From an uncultured virus (IMG/VR IMGVR_UViG_2811995017_000004) (lineage: Duplodnaviria; Heunggongvirae; Uroviricota; Caudoviricetes), in IMG/VR virus record IMGVR_UViG_2811995017_000004, positions 1 to 64,000 of that record: DNA of 64,000 bases. The stretch is one strand, 5' to 3'. How positions within the stretch are numbered: position 1 is the stretch's first letter; each line of letters opens with the position of its first letter. The notes beneath the pieces were generated by a model that ran no database searches, was not told the origin of the DNA, and was given only the letters and a program-made list of their open reading frames with translations. Positions 41,899-52,309 of the stretch are shown here, piece by piece. The position numbers and the translations under genes were made by a program.

Positions 41899-42083
41899 TC
41901 CGCCGCCTCCACTTCGCATTTGGCACCTTTGAAAACAGTTTCGTAATGTTCGTTTGTATAATGCCCTCTCAATTCCCGGTCGACTTCAAGTGTGACCTCG
42001 CCGACATTACCAAACTTCTTTTCTAAATTGTTTTTAATTATTTGTTTCACTTCTTCAGGTGATAAAGTCACTTGCATTTTCAT
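41895..42083 (-). CDS. Hypothetical protein
   Basis: Coupled; ATGA overlaps. Confidence 0.65.
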   Translation of the reverse strand: MKMQVTLSPEEVKQIIKNNLEKKFGNVGEVTLEVDRELRGHYTNEHYETVFKGAKCEVEAAE

Positions 42084-42460
42084 TCTTCCGCCGCCTCCAA
42101 TAGATTAGGATTTTCGTAGATATTGCCGATTATGTCCCCTTCATAAGGTTGATAAACTTCATCAGCGCAACAACCGCAACCTCCATCATTAGCAAAGGGG
42201 AAATACCCGCACCGATCTTCCTCAAATTCAACTTGAAACCTTCTGCCAATATCCCAAATATCCCTATCGTAGATCATGCGGCCGTTTTTGTCCTTCAATC
42301 CAGTGAATAAATCCCGGCTGATTAGTTCATATTCATCTGAAAATACCGGGGACAGTTTGGCGGCTGCCCTTTCTTCCAATTGCCCGATGCTGTACCATTT
42401 CATTTCAATGTTGCCGCTGCCTTTATGTCTGAATGTGTAACGAATCTTGATAATTTCCAT
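42080..42460 (-). CDS. yopX: YopX family protein
   Basis: FTGLKDKNG..IY..DI and IIGNIYENPNLL motifs. Confidence 0.85.
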   Translation of the reverse strand: MEIIKIRYTFRHKGSGNIEMKWYSIGQLEERAAAKLSPVFSDEYELISRDLFTGLKDKNGRMIYDRDIWDIGRRFQVEFEEDRCGYFPFANDGGCGCCADEVYQPYEGDIIGNIYENPNLLEAAEE

Positions 42461-42464
42461 TTCT

Positions 42465-42714
42465 CTTACCTCCCGTCATCTTGTAACCATTGTTCAATCT
42501 ATTTTTTATTTGCATTGTGATAATCTTCATCATAGGAGACAACTCCGCATTCTTTGATTACTACCTTTTGTTCCCCGCCCAACTCAATCATTTCCTTTTC
42601 CCATTTAGCCGTTTGTTCATCTCCGCATATAGACATTAATTCGTTATTAGCCATAACAACATAGACTCGCATTTCCCCCTTACCTCCCGTCATCCTCAAT
42701 CCATTGTTCAATCT
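42465..42714. repeat. 36-bp direct repeats (42465-42500, 42679-42714) flanking a 57-aa gene
   Basis: CTTACCTCCCGTCATC-N6-CCATTGTTCAATCT occurs twice. Confidence 0.9.
42499..42672 (-). CDS. Hypothetical protein
   Basis: RBS within and after the repeat; MRVYVV start. Confidence 0.65.
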   Translation of the reverse strand: MRVYVVMANNELMSICGDEQTAKWEKEMIELGGEQKVVIKECGVVSYDEDYHNANKK

Positions 42715-42791
42715 GTTTTTCCCTGTATCCGACTGCTGTATCCTCTGTCCCGCCTTGTTTACTTACTTTTAATTTGTATAAAATTTCTGTT

Positions 42792-43154
42792 TTATCTAAT
42801 TTTCAGTGCTTTTAATGCCGCTAAGCATGTTGCTTTCTCTGGTTTTTCTGCCCAAGCTTCATACTCGTCAAAAGCAGCACACCAATCTTCCAGACCGATA
42901 AAATCGTGTTCTCTTGATAAATAAAAATTTAGTCCATAACCTTTTTGTAGCTTCTCAACTACCTGCAATGCTAAACTCATTTCTCCCGCAAAGTTTTTAA
43001 GATTAACCACTTTCCCATCATTATCAAAAGCCAATTCATCGGCCACAATATCCCCTAAAAGCTCAAAGCATTCATCTGGAGTGATTTTCCTCTTCTTGTA
43101 ACCGTTGAATAATCGGTCTTGAATCAATTCATTAATTTCAACATTACTTCTCAT
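42792..43154 (-). CDS. Phage ABA-sandwich-like protein
   Basis: [15 protein letters not shown]...[12 protein letters not shown] pattern. Confidence 0.6.
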   Translation of the reverse strand: MRSNVEINELIQDRLFNGYKKRKITPDECFELLGDIVADELAFDNDGKVVNLKNFAGEMSLALQVVEKLQKGYGLNFYLSREHDFIGLEDWCAAFDEYEAWAEKPEKATCLAALKALKIR

Positions 43155-43375
43155 CTAATCCCTCTTCTCAATTTGTTTTTATCCATCACATCAACAACAA
43201 AAGCTTCAAATTCCTTATCCCAATATGGTTTTGTTCTTGCTATGTACTTTTTTAAAACTCCATCTTCCTCGATCATAAACGTCTCGCCACGTTCTATTTC
43301 AGTGAATTTCTTCTTTGTCCAGATTCCCCTAATCAATACTTTCACATCTTTAAGCTGCACTGATGTTTGGTACAT
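43151..43375 (-). CDS. Hypothetical SPbeta-type protein
   Basis: AGGAGG RBS. Confidence 0.7.
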   Translation of the reverse strand: MYQTSVQLKDVKVLIRGIWTKKKFTEIERGETFMIEEDGVLKKYIARTKPYWDKEFEAFVVDVMDKNKLRRGIR

Positions 43376-43467
43376 TACATCCCTCCTTTTAATCCATTAA
43401 GTACCATCAGCATTTTGCTTTAAATAACATCTCTCCTTAGATAAGATGTTTAAATGGAGGTGGTTTT

Positions 43468-44280
43468 TTGTTTATAGCTCCAATGCTGCTTGATTCAGCC
43501 AAAGAGCCATTTGATGATGAAAACTATATTGCTGAGCTTAAATTTGATGGAATACGAATCATTCTATCTAAGCAAGATGGTAAGATTAAGCTCTACACGC
43601 GCCATAATAATGAAGTCACCAATAAATTCCCTGAGCTGCATGATATTGATATTCCCGAAGGGACAGTCTTAGATGGGGAAATTATCGTTACCAATTCTGA
43701 TGGGTTGCCCGATTTTGAATCTGTTATGGAACGTTTTCAATCAAGCAAATCTTCTCATCAAATTGTTTATTGCGTGTTCGATGTCATAAGATTAAATGAA
43801 ATATCAATAGCTTCAAATCCACTTTTTAAACGCAAGGAATTCCTTAGATCACTAAATCTTAACCATCCAAATATCTTTGTGATTGAAGGAGTACAAGGCA
43901 AAGGAAAAGCCTATTTTGAAATGGCTAAAGAAAAGAACCTTGAAGGAATCGTGCTTAAGAAAGCAAACTCCCCTTACGAGATCAACAAGAGATCGGAAAA
44001 CTGGATCAAGGTTATAAATTATCAGTACACTGACGTGCTCATTACTGGATACACTAAGGAAGATATCAAGTTTCTTCTCAGTTACCCTGACGGTTTATCT
44101 GCCGGGTTCATGGAATTTATGCCATTCGATGAACGCAAATACTTCCACTCTATCAAACAAATAGAATATGAAAATGACGATTATGTATTCATTAAGCCTT
44201 TATTATGTAATGTGAAGCACCGTTTTAAGACTAAAAATGGCAAACTTCGTATCCCCTCATTTAATTCCTGGAGAGATTAA
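43468..44280 (+). CDS. ligB: ATP-dependent DNA ligase
   Basis: ELKFDGIR, LDGE, VFD, EGIVLK, WIKV motifs. Confidence 0.95.
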   Translation: MFIAPMLLDSAKEPFDDENYIAELKFDGIRIILSKQDGKIKLYTRHNNEVTNKFPELHDIDIPEGTVLDGEIIVTNSDGLPDFESVMERFQSSKSSHQIVYCVFDVIRLNEISIASNPLFKRKEFLRSLNLNHPNIFVIEGVQGKGKAYFEMAKEKNLEGIVLKKANSPYEINKRSENWIKVINYQYTDVLITGYTKEDIKFLLSYPDGLSAGFMEFMPFDERKYFHSIKQIEYENDDYVFIKPLLCNVKHRFKTKNGKLRIPSFNSWRD

Positions 44281-44289
44281 TACTCTCCG

Positions 44290-44538
44290 TTACATAGCTT
44301 CTTCTAAAACAAATTCAAAAATTTTATTCTTCACATACGATTTACCTTCGTATACATCGATAATTCTCCATTTTTTAAACATATCGCAATACCATGTAAC
44401 TGCATATTTTGCGTGTTTCAATGAACTGAAAGCTTCTGCATCTCCCGGACAGGCCACTTCGATATAGGGGTGTTCTAATGACTCGCTCCCATTATGTTTC
44501 AAATAGAATTCCGTTTCGATGTTTTGAATGATAAACAC
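44290..44538 (-). CDS. Hypothetical protein
   Basis: AAGGAGG RBS. Confidence 0.7.
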   Translation of the reverse strand: MFIIQNIETEFYLKHNGSESLEHPYIEVACPGDAEAFSSLKHAKYAVTWYCDMFKKWRIIDVYEGKSYVKNKIFEFVLEEAM

Positions 44539-44564
44539 ACAATTCCTCCTTCATAATAAAATAA

Positions 44565-45080
44565 CTATTTGATCTTAATTGAATCCCAATCAAATGTTTC
44601 TAATATCTTCAATAGTCGTTCCACTTTAGGCGCTCTCCAAGCTGTCATAGCATAAGTATGAGCTTTTGAAGTGTAATGATGCTTATTCGATTTGATGTGA
44701 CTCTTTGCTTCTTTTTTGGTTAAAAACATTGTATTTGGTTGTATAATGTGAACCTTTCTTTCTGGAATTAGCTCTGCTTCTTCGTCAATGTATTTTCGAA
44801 TCCACTCAATAGTTTCGTCATAGTCGCCCCCAATTTTTTTCAGCTCAGTTAGGCATTCTTTAGACAGCCCACTATCTTTTTTTATTTCTTCTAGATAATC
44901 ATCTAAAACATATGATTCTGCAACATTTGGCAGGTATACAGAATAGCGCTCTGCGTTCTCCTCCCGAGCTTCGACCCATTCATAATCACCGACTGTCCAA
45001 AATCGTGGTGCAGCTTGACCGTCGTTTTCTTGCGTCCTCAATTCTTCTTGCAACTCTTTTAAAAACTGGATATCTCCCAC
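44565..45080 (-). CDS. Hypothetical phage protein
   Basis: GGAGG RBS; QAAPRFW and FLTKKEAK.H motifs. Confidence 0.8.
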   Translation of the reverse strand: MGDIQFLKELQEELRTQENDGQAAPRFWTVGDYEWVEAREENAERYSVYLPNVAESYVLDDYLEEIKKDSGLSKECLTELKKIGGDYDETIEWIRKYIDEEAELIPERKVHIIQPNTMFLTKKEAKSHIKSNKHHYTSKAHTYAMTAWRAPKVERLLKILETFDWDSIKIK

Positions 45081-45112
45081 ATAATACCTCCCACCTCGTT
45101 AAAAACATGCTT

Positions 45113-45514
45113 TTATCTAAACTCTAATGGTTCATTTAATTCATGTGCTAGTCTGCAGCCAGCAATAAACTGTTTTGTGCACTCTATGTATCCACAATCA
45201 CGTAATATATGACCATGAGACATTTCTTTTTTGCCAACTCTTCTACATATGGCAAGATGGCTTCTAATTCATCCGCAACAATTTTACACATTTCAGGACT
45301 AATTTCACCATCACAATCTGAATGACCGAAAAACTCAGTTAGCCCCTTATGCGTTTTTGGAATAACCTTTACCAAAATACCAATAGCCATCCTTAAATTT
45401 TTTATTGTCATGAGGCGGCCAACTACCTCCAATTGACCTTAATAAAAACCTTCTAAGATTATTAAACGCCGAGTGTGCTCCAATAAAGGCGCCATGTGTT
45501 ACATTTAATCCCAT
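45113..45514 (-). pseudogene. Hypothetical gene broken by two frameshifts in A-runs
   Basis: MGLNVTHG...GYSK / THKGLTEFFGHSDCDGEISPE...LAKK / SHGHIL...NEPLEFR; each junction needs a frame change. Confidence 0.65.
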
Positions 45515-45570
45515 ATAATCCTCCTTCCATTTGATGAAAACTATCTTTTAATTTGTTTAAAATGACGATT

Positions 45571-46379
45571 TTATTGACTTTTCAGCTCCACACTTATGTT
45601 CAGGTTATTTGCAATTCGTTTGCCTACCTCATTTGATACTGTTTGAGACACTCTTTCTTTAAAGCCGTAGAGCAACCTTCCCTCATCTCCAAATCCCTCT
45701 TCTATAAGTGAGTCAATTTTTGAACTTATAAATGACTGAAATTCCCCTGACTCTGCTGCTTTTTTAACTTCATTTGATACTGCAATGCGAATCATTTCTT
45801 GAATGTCCTCTTTCGTTATACCTAATTCATTATGTATAAAGTTTTTACTTCTTTGTATCCCCTTTTCTTATTTTTGAATTCTTGGTATTTATTTTCTTTA
45901 GACAATGGAACAAGGACACGGTAACATCCATGGGAAAATCCGCACGTGATGTCTCCGTCTGGACGTTCGTATTCGATTACATCGATCGTGCCAACGCCCA
46001 CATTAGTAACCTCCCTTACCCTTCCTCCCGATTTACCGTTGTTCATATGAATAACCTTCTCGCATACTTCCGCCTTGCGGTCGACCATTTCGTAGCGCTC
46101 CCCGTCAATGTGGACGACGTTGGTCGGTTCGAGTGTACGGTATTCGTTATTACCAACAAGATGACCGCATTCTGTTGCTACGCCACTACCATAACCCGTG
46201 TAGAGCTCGACCGTAAATATATCCTCATTTGAATAATGATCTCCATAACCTGGGTCTGCATCGACAATTACGATCTTCTCACCCAGTTTCGCCTTCCTAT
46301 TGACCTCTACATACTCGCGTTTGATTCCGCCAAGTGATTCGTCAGCCAATACGTGAATTTTTTCGTTAGTTTTTGTCAT
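45571..46379 (-). pseudogene. Hypothetical gene, probably one ORF frameshifted at ~45845
   Basis: Adding one A to GTAAAAAC joins KEVK-NFIHNELGITKEDIQEMIRIAV, fusing ORFs 45822-46379 and 45571-45795. Confidence 0.6.
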
Positions 46380-46432
46380 TTATTCCTTCTCCCAAATATC
46401 CTTCATAATTTTGATGTGTTCTTGTGTCAACT

Positions 46433-46645
46433 TCATCTTTTCTCCCCCTCGTCATCTTCATCCACTTCAAACTGTTCCTTATAGCTATCCCAACCGCAAC
46501 GGCATTTGAAAGCGCACCAGACGCCTTCACCAAGTGACCTCCGCAATAACTTGCCTGTCCTCGCAGAGCGTTCATATCGAAAAGTATCCTCTCCATACTC
46601 GATAATCTGCTTATTCCCGCATTCCGGGCATTCTGTGTAATTCAT
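46433..46645 (-). CDS. Zn-ribbon hypothetical protein
   Basis: CPECG...CRCGW; AAGGAG RBS. Confidence 0.7.
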   Translation of the reverse strand: MNYTECPECGNKQIIEYGEDTFRYERSARTGKLLRRSLGEGVWCAFKCRCGWDSYKEQFEVDEDDEGEKR

Positions 46646-46680
46646 ATCGCTTCTCCTTCCCGGCTCCGTCCGCGTATTCC

Positions 46681-46980
46681 TTACTGTGTCACCTCTTCTT
46701 CTAAGATAGAAGAAACGCCTCCCCCTCTATCAGAAGACCAAATTTCAAAGGATTTTCCATTAATTAATTTCACAATGATAGGAAACCAGTCCTCGGGTAA
46801 CAACTCACCTTTTTGCCTTTCTTCATTTTTTTTCAATGCATTATAAAGCTCTTCAAATGAATGAGTGGACACATAAGAAGGCTTATTTATAAATGCAGAC
46901 TCCACGACATCACCAAAAATTTCTTTTGCTTTTTCCGTCAAAATAATTTTATCTTTTGTTAGTTTCAAAAGTTCACCCAC
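46681..46980 (-). CDS. Hypothetical protein
   Basis: AGGAG RBS. Confidence 0.7.
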   Translation of the reverse strand: MGELLKLTKDKIILTEKAKEIFGDVVESAFINKPSYVSTHSFEELYNALKKNEERQKGELLPEDWFPIIVKLINGKSFEIWSSDRGGGVSSILEEEVTQ

Positions 46981-47189
46981 TTCTCCTATCTAAATATTGT
47001 AACGTTCCTTCATTTCTTCAATTTGGCAGTTAATTTTTAGTAACAAATCCTGTTCGCTTTTAAAGTCATCATTTGTTATACCTTTACGTTGCATATACTC
47101 CAATAAAGCGTGTTTTAATGTGTACAGCTGTTTGTATGAAAATTTAGTGTTAATGCCGCTCATTTCCTCATCCTTTCTCAGTCACTACC

Positions 47190-47549
47190 TCAATACTTTA
47201 TATAAACCACTATTGCTTTTTTCCACGCTAGACTCTCTATTTTTTTCTTAGCTTGCTTCTCTACAAAAGCTGATTGATCATTAGTTAGTGGAAATTCCGT
47301 ATATAAATCCTCCGCGACACTATCAGCAATCTCCTCAAACAATTCGTCTTTCTCTTCATTAAATAGCCATACTCGATCATTCAATGTAATATAAGAATCA
47401 ATTAAAATTCTAGATGGATAACCAAGCGTGTAAGGGTGGTCAGATCCTTCATTTGGATACATGAAAATAAGTTCTCTTTCTGGATACATGCTCAATATAT
47501 TTAATAATTCTGCTGTTTTATCCAGTTTCCTCATCTCCTTATAAACCAT
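47190..47549 (-). CDS. Hypothetical protein
   Basis: ORF track; true start probably slightly downstream. Confidence 0.7.
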   Translation of the reverse strand: MVYKEMRKLDKTAELLNILSMYPERELIFMYPNEGSDHPYTLGYPSRILIDSYITLNDRVWLFNEEKDELFEEIADSVAEDLYTEFPLTNDQSAFVEKQAKKKIESLAWKKAIVVYIKY

Positions 47550-47580
47550 TTTAATATTGTTCTTTTAATTAATTTATGTT

Positions 47581-47781
47581 TTATCCAATAGCATATTTTG
47601 ATTTGTGCGGTCTTTTATGTATGAATTCAGGAATATCAATACGCTTATTGACTTTTGTTTTAGTTCTTACAAGGACACGGTTTTCAAGAAACTGTACTTC
47701 TTCCACTTTCTGACCATGGGACTCAAAATAAAAATCAAAAATCTCTTTAAGGGTCTTATCATTAAGATTGTAATTCATCAT
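47581..47781 (-). CDS. Hypothetical SPbeta-type protein
   Basis: AAGGAGG RBS. Confidence 0.7.
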   Translation of the reverse strand: MMNYNLNDKTLKEIFDFYFESHGQKVEEVQFLENRVLVRTKTKVNKRIDIPEFIHKRPHKSKYAIG

Positions 47782-47957
47782 TGCCCCTCCTTTTGGAATC
47801 TATATAGTCTTTCCAGCTGCAATTCTCAAACACTTTCATATCTGCCCCCAAATGCCATTTAAACCATACTAAGTTAAACCATGCTGTTTCCAATATGTAT
47901 TTGATGTAACCGATACTTTCATCCCCTCTTTGGATAAAATAATCCTTTTATATAATT

Positions 47958-48221
47958 TTATTGTTTAAAATCAGATCCAAACATTAGCTTGCACTCCTCT
48001 AAAGTAAACGGCTCTTCCAAAAACAAAACATCCCCTTTGTTAAACGTCACACAAAATTGATTATTACTTAATGGAAGTGGGCATTCGCTACTATCCTCAA
48101 CTTCAACTACATCACCTACAGCAATCAGACCTTCTTCAATAAGTTCTCTGAAATCCAAAGAGCCATCATAATGCTCTTCCCAATCCAGACCTCCCAAATT
48201 TACAATTTTATATTTATTCAT
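47958..48221 (-). CDS. Hypothetical protein
   Basis: AAGGAG RBS. Confidence 0.7.
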   Translation of the reverse strand: MNKYKIVNLGGLDWEEHYDGSLDFRELIEEGLIAVGDVVEVEDSSECPLPLSNNQFCVTFNKGDVLFLEEPFTLEECKLMFGSDFKQ

Positions 48222-48262
48222 CCCGTGTCTCCTTTTATTTTAAATTTAATTGTATTTTTCAC

Positions 48263-48889
48263 TTACCCTGCTGTATATGAAATTTCTAACTCAAAGTCAT
48301 ACTTAGGATACAACCTCCATATTTGATGTCCTAAATAGCATCTCCTTGCATAATTCAAGCAGTTCGCTGTACCTCCTTTACCCCCATCATAGACGGCCAC
48401 TATTGCTTGACTGTGATCAACCATATACTCATTACGTTTCAGCATTTTAGCGACTGAAAATTCACCTGGATTATCGTCATCAGTTTTATACTTATCGATT
48501 TCCTCAACATTCACAATTTCATCAGCCAATTCAAGCATTCTCTTGTACCAGTACTTCTGGTCATCTGACCAAACTTTATCTTGGTTCTTGAATGGAATAG
48601 CGACAATGTTTTGAATATCGGGGTATTTCTTCTTCAGCATATATACACACCAAAATGCAGCTATATCAGTTCCTAATGCGCCACCAGAAATGAATCGATT
48701 TTTATTTTCTCGTGTAATCAGTTCTTCAATGACTTCAAGCAGCTTGTCTTTCAATTTCAGCATTGTAGGGTTTTTCATATCATACCCTCCTAGCTTGTCC
48801 GGCCTATGACCAGTGAAACACACAGTTTTCTCTCTTAAAGCCTCCTTTTCTTCAAATTGCCGCTCACGTTCTTTTCTCTCAATTTCCAT
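48263..48889 (-). CDS. yoqJ: SLOG/YspA (DUF1273) family protein
   Basis: CFTGHRP, ISGGALGTD, RNEYMVD, GGTANC motifs. Confidence 0.85.
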   Translation of the reverse strand: MEIERKERERQFEEKEALREKTVCFTGHRPDKLGGYDMKNPTMLKLKDKLLEVIEELITRENKNRFISGGALGTDIAAFWCVYMLKKKYPDIQNIVAIPFKNQDKVWSDDQKYWYKRMLELADEIVNVEEIDKYKTDDDNPGEFSVAKMLKRNEYMVDHSQAIVAVYDGGKGGTANCLNYARRCYLGHQIWRLYPKYDFELEISYTAG

Positions 48890-49192
48890 CTGCTTAATAT
48901 ATTCAGGATCACTAAGTTTTTTGAAATCGACTATCGGTTCTCACCCTTTCCCTTAAAACAGTTTTTTATTGAGTAATCTTTTCATAGTCCTCAAATTGCA
49001 ACTGCCTTTCATGTGGATATCCTTTTGGTTTAATAAATGGGAGTCCGTCTCTCTCCTCCCCCTTTTACCTCTACAACGCTGCCCGCTTTCAAGACGATAC
49101 CGTCTCTAAATAAAATGTCTTTTTTCAGCAAGATTTTATCTCCTACTCTCATTATCTCTCTCCTCTCTTTAAAACAGTCTTTTTATTTTAAT

Positions 49193-49822
49193 TTATTTAT
49201 AAATCTCTAATCTTCCCCAGCAAGTTTCCCATTTAAACTTTATTCCTAGAATATTATTAATATCATCATGAAACTTATTCATCATTCTAGTCGCAAAGTG
49301 TCTTGCATCTCGCTCGCTTTTCTGTGCAAAATAGCCAGGTTGACCTCCATCTATATATTTCGAATCTTTAACGCAAGTCATAAACTCATCTTGGTAAGCG
49401 TGTCTAAGTTCATGATACAGTGTTTCGAGAATAAAGAGCTTTATAGTCTGATTGTAGCCTTTTGGATAATTGAATGGATAAATGTGAATAACCCCAAACC
49501 CATTTAAACCAACCAGTTGTTTTCTAAAGATACTTCTGATGGTTTTTAAGCAAAAAGGTGCTCCAAGTGGGTTCAAAAAATTAAGCAATGCTTGGATTTT
49601 ATTTTGAAACACAAATATTCTAATCCCTAGGTTATGATAATCCTTATGTAGCAGCTGTATACACTTCTCAATCTCTTTTGCACTTATTACAGATGATTTA
49701 TTCTCTATCAAATTACTTTTTAGGTCTACCCCCGTTATCAATCGAAAATGATCTTTATATAACCTTGCTATATCATCCTCTAAATACATCTTTACTGAGG
49801 CATTAGTTTTTTCAGCAATCAC
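49193..49822 (-). CDS. HExxH metallopeptidase-like protein
   Basis: LYHELRHAYQ...ERDA..FA. Confidence 0.7.
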   Translation of the reverse strand: MIAEKTNASVKMYLEDDIARLYKDHFRLITGVDLKSNLIENKSSVISAKEIEKCIQLLHKDYHNLGIRIFVFQNKIQALLNFLNPLGAPFCLKTIRSIFRKQLVGLNGFGVIHIYPFNYPKGYNQTIKLFILETLYHELRHAYQDEFMTCVKDSKYIDGGQPGYFAQKSERDARHFATRMMNKFHDDINNILGIKFKWETCWGRLEIYK

Positions 49823-49857
49823 TGATCTCCTCCTGTATTTAACTTAAAACTTCAATT

Positions 49858-50145
49858 TTATTTGATTTCACGCTCATGTATTGTAAAGAGGACAAATGGA
49901 CAATCATTAAAGTATGAACCCCTTTCAGGTTCTTGCACTTTAGTCGTTTGATAAAGTTCTTTAAACCTTTTTACTTCCTCATCGTTACGCAATTTTAGTT
50001 CAAAGAGAGGCATCCCTACAACGCTCACTCTTGTGTTTCCAGACCACCCCTCTTGTTCAAGTCGCTTGATTGTTTCCCACATCTCATCCAAGGAATTATG
50101 AAACACTTCTATAACCATCTTTTTGGTTTGTTTTTTAATAAACAT
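49858..50145 (-). CDS. Hypothetical protein
   Basis: AGGAGG RBS. Confidence 0.7.
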   Translation of the reverse strand: MFIKKQTKKMVIEVFHNSLDEMWETIKRLEQEGWSGNTRVSVVGMPLFELKLRNDEEVKRFKELYQTTKVQEPERGSYFNDCPFVLFTIHEREIK

Positions 50146-50173
50146 CCTAACCCTCCTTTTAATTATTTTGAAA

Positions 50174-50446
50174 CTAATTCTTCATCCATGACTTTATGGT
50201 TTCTTTGGACATAACCACAACCACTACAGCCCCCAACAAAGTCATAGCCGCGATAAAAGCCATTTTGTTTCCGATGAAAAATTCAAGCACATTCGTTTCC
50301 ACCTGATCTAATTCTTTTTGAGCTTCCTTTGCCATATCTCTTTCAAGAATTTGATCTACAAAAACCATCTTCATTCCTGCCAGAAATCCAATGGCTAACC
50401 AAATGAATAAAGCGATTCCCAAGTAGAACACATAATCACCTGTCAC
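50174..50446 (-). CDS. Two-TM membrane protein
   Basis: Hydrophobicity pattern. Confidence 0.65.
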   Translation of the reverse strand: MTGDYVFYLGIALFIWLAIGFLAGMKMVFVDQILERDMAKEAQKELDQVETNVLEFFIGNKMAFIAAMTLLGAVVVVVMSKETIKSWMKN

Positions 50447-50449
50447 ACA

Positions 50450-50797
50450 TTATTTTTGAAAGCCTGACCATGGAATCTTATTGGAAGAATCATTTTCTAA
50501 CAATTCATCACACACTTTGCAAAGAGTCGACTTTGTTATTGTCTGATAAAAAGAGTCTTTTCTACCGCAGCATTGGCAACTCAAATCAAATGCATTAGAC
50601 TCTCTCTTTTGCTTCCTTTGCATGGCATTCCCAGTTAATATTATTTCTGATTGAGATAAATCCCCGCTCTTTACACGTGCTTCCGTACTCCAAGGAAAAA
50701 CTGATTTTTTCAGCACTCTATGAACTGACAAGTTCAAGGGGCTTTGTTTAATTTTCTGAAAATCCCTGTTGTCCGTAAGATCTACGTTTCTTTTCAT
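50450..50797 (-). CDS. Zn-finger hypothetical protein
   Basis: CQCCG...CKVC. Confidence 0.7.
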   Translation of the reverse strand: MKRNVDLTDNRDFQKIKQSPLNLSVHRVLKKSVFPWSTEARVKSGDLSQSEIILTGNAMQRKQKRESNAFDLSCQCCGRKDSFYQTITKSTLCKVCDELLENDSSNKIPWSGFQK

Positions 50798-51528
50798 TGC
50801 TTATTCCCAAAAAGCTTTTTTAACCAACTTGAACGTTTATGTAGCTTACGTTCTCGATTTATTCTAAACCCGTCAACGCCGTCCTCCATATTATTTAGTT
50901 GATTTTTTAATTGCTTTATGTCATGAGGAGTACTGATTGTTATTGAAATATCCTTGTTCTTAGATCTCTTGACTTCAGAAATCATTTTGTCCAAAGTTAA
51001 ATCGCAATACTCGTCTTCCCAATCACCTATGTAATAAAACCGTTCAATTAAAGTACCACTAGATTCATCTTGAAATGTTCCAAAAAGAATAGGATCTTTA
51101 TCCCGCCTTTCTTTCTCCACCTGTTTTTCGATCCTCCCTGTATAGTCAGTAAACACAACGTAAAATCGGTCGAATTTATCGCTTACTTTTTCATATTTAT
51201 GAATCACGTCATCAGGGATCTCTCGTTCGTAATTTTCAAGCTCAATGATCTTAACAGTATTTTTTGCAATATTGTCTATGAATTCCTCGATATCATCTCT
51301 ATAAATAAAAGTATCGATTCCCAGCTTCACAATTTCGCGTTCTTTTTCAATTGTTTCAAGATGAAAAATCAGCTTTTTAGCTGCCTTAATTTGGTTAGTT
51401 CTGTTATATTTGTTTAACAACACTAAACAATTATCGTAATATTGCTGGAGAACTTCATCTGTTACTTTGTTTTTTTTCGACTTAACCATTTCGAAATATT
51501 GACTTGGCTGCAATTCCTCCATAATCAT
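50794..51528 (-). CDS. Conserved phage hypothetical protein
   Basis: YEREIP, KDPILFG, GDWEDEYCDLT; GGAGG RBS. Confidence 0.8.
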   Translation of the reverse strand: MIMEELQPSQYFEMVKSKKNKVTDEVLQQYYDNCLVLLNKYNRTNQIKAAKKLIFHLETIEKEREIVKLGIDTFIYRDDIEEFIDNIAKNTVKIIELENYEREIPDDVIHKYEKVSDKFDRFYVVFTDYTGRIEKQVEKERRDKDPILFGTFQDESSGTLIERFYYIGDWEDEYCDLTLDKMISEVKRSKNKDISITISTPHDIKQLKNQLNNMEDGVDGFRINRERKLHKRSSWLKKLFGNKQ

Positions 51529-51589
51529 CCTCCCTTTTTAATTTGTTTAAAATACATCTTTTATTTAAAACGATAATTCAACCATACTT

Positions 51590-51820
51590 TTAATCAATGT
51601 TAGATTTCTTCATTATCACAAAATATTCGAATCGACTTGAATATGTACGTTTATTGCAGTTATGTAGTACTGTTTCTACACATCTTTTTGAAATACGTTG
51701 AGCGCACTCCCATCCGACTGTCTCTTTTTCTCTAATTCTTTTTATTAAGCTAATTTGATTGTAATCTTTCATAAAAATTTTCGTCGGGTATGTTCCAATC
51801 ATTCTCTTCCCTCTCCTCAA
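51590..51820 (-). CDS. Hypothetical protein
   Basis: ORF track. Confidence 0.55.
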   Translation of the reverse strand: MRRGKRMIGTYPTKIFMKDYNQISLIKRIREKETVGWECAQRISKRCVETVLHNCNKRTYSSRFEYFVIMKKSNID

Positions 51821-51983
51821 CGAGTTCGTTCAGTATGTATGTTGCTTCCTGGGCATTTTCAATGACAAAATGCAAATCCCCGATTGCCCGTCTGAAATCC
51901 CCTTGCTTCATGTCATGTAGTGCTCTACTGTGTGAATCAAGTATCTTCTTCATCTTTTGTAAAACAATCTCTATCTTCATCAC
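51750..51983 (-). CDS. Hypothetical protein, first gene after an early promoter
   Basis: AAGGAG RBS. Confidence 0.65.
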   Translation of the reverse strand: MMKIEIVLQKMKKILDSHSRALHDMKQGDFRRAIGDLHFVIENAQEATYILNELVEEREENDWNIPDENFYERLQSN

Positions 51984-52012
51984 TCCTTTTTTTATACTTT
52001 TAATTTGTTTAT

Positions 52013-52041
52013 ATTTTATTATACAGAAAATGTTTAGTCAA
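52013..52041 (-). promoter_or_regulatory. sigmaA promoter, with the conserved element just downstream (51998-52011)
   Basis: TTGACT-N17-TAAAAT followed by TAAACAAATTAAAA. Confidence 0.7.
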
Positions 52042-52101
52042 TAGGGATTTGAAAAGTCATTAAATATATTTACTTTCATTCATCCCTATTGACATTGACT
52101 G

Positions 52102-52296
52102 TCATCTGATCTTGAAGATGAATTCGTTGATTTCATTTCTTAACTTTACTAAATCTTCAGTGGTAATTGTTAATTTCAAATTGCTCTCGGTTTTGTCATG
52201 AAGGACTATTACGGCCGAAAACTTATTAGACGAAAGACTTTTGCTCTTCAATTTGATCTCTATGTTCTCTAAGGCAATATTAATTGATATATCCAT
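52102..52296 (-). CDS. Hypothetical protein
   Basis: ORF track. Confidence 0.6.
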   Translation of the reverse strand: MDISINIALENIEIKLKSKSLSSNKFSAVIVLHDKTESNLKLTITTEDLVKLRNEINEFIFKIR

Positions 52297-52309
52297 ATCG
52301 ATTGTCCTT

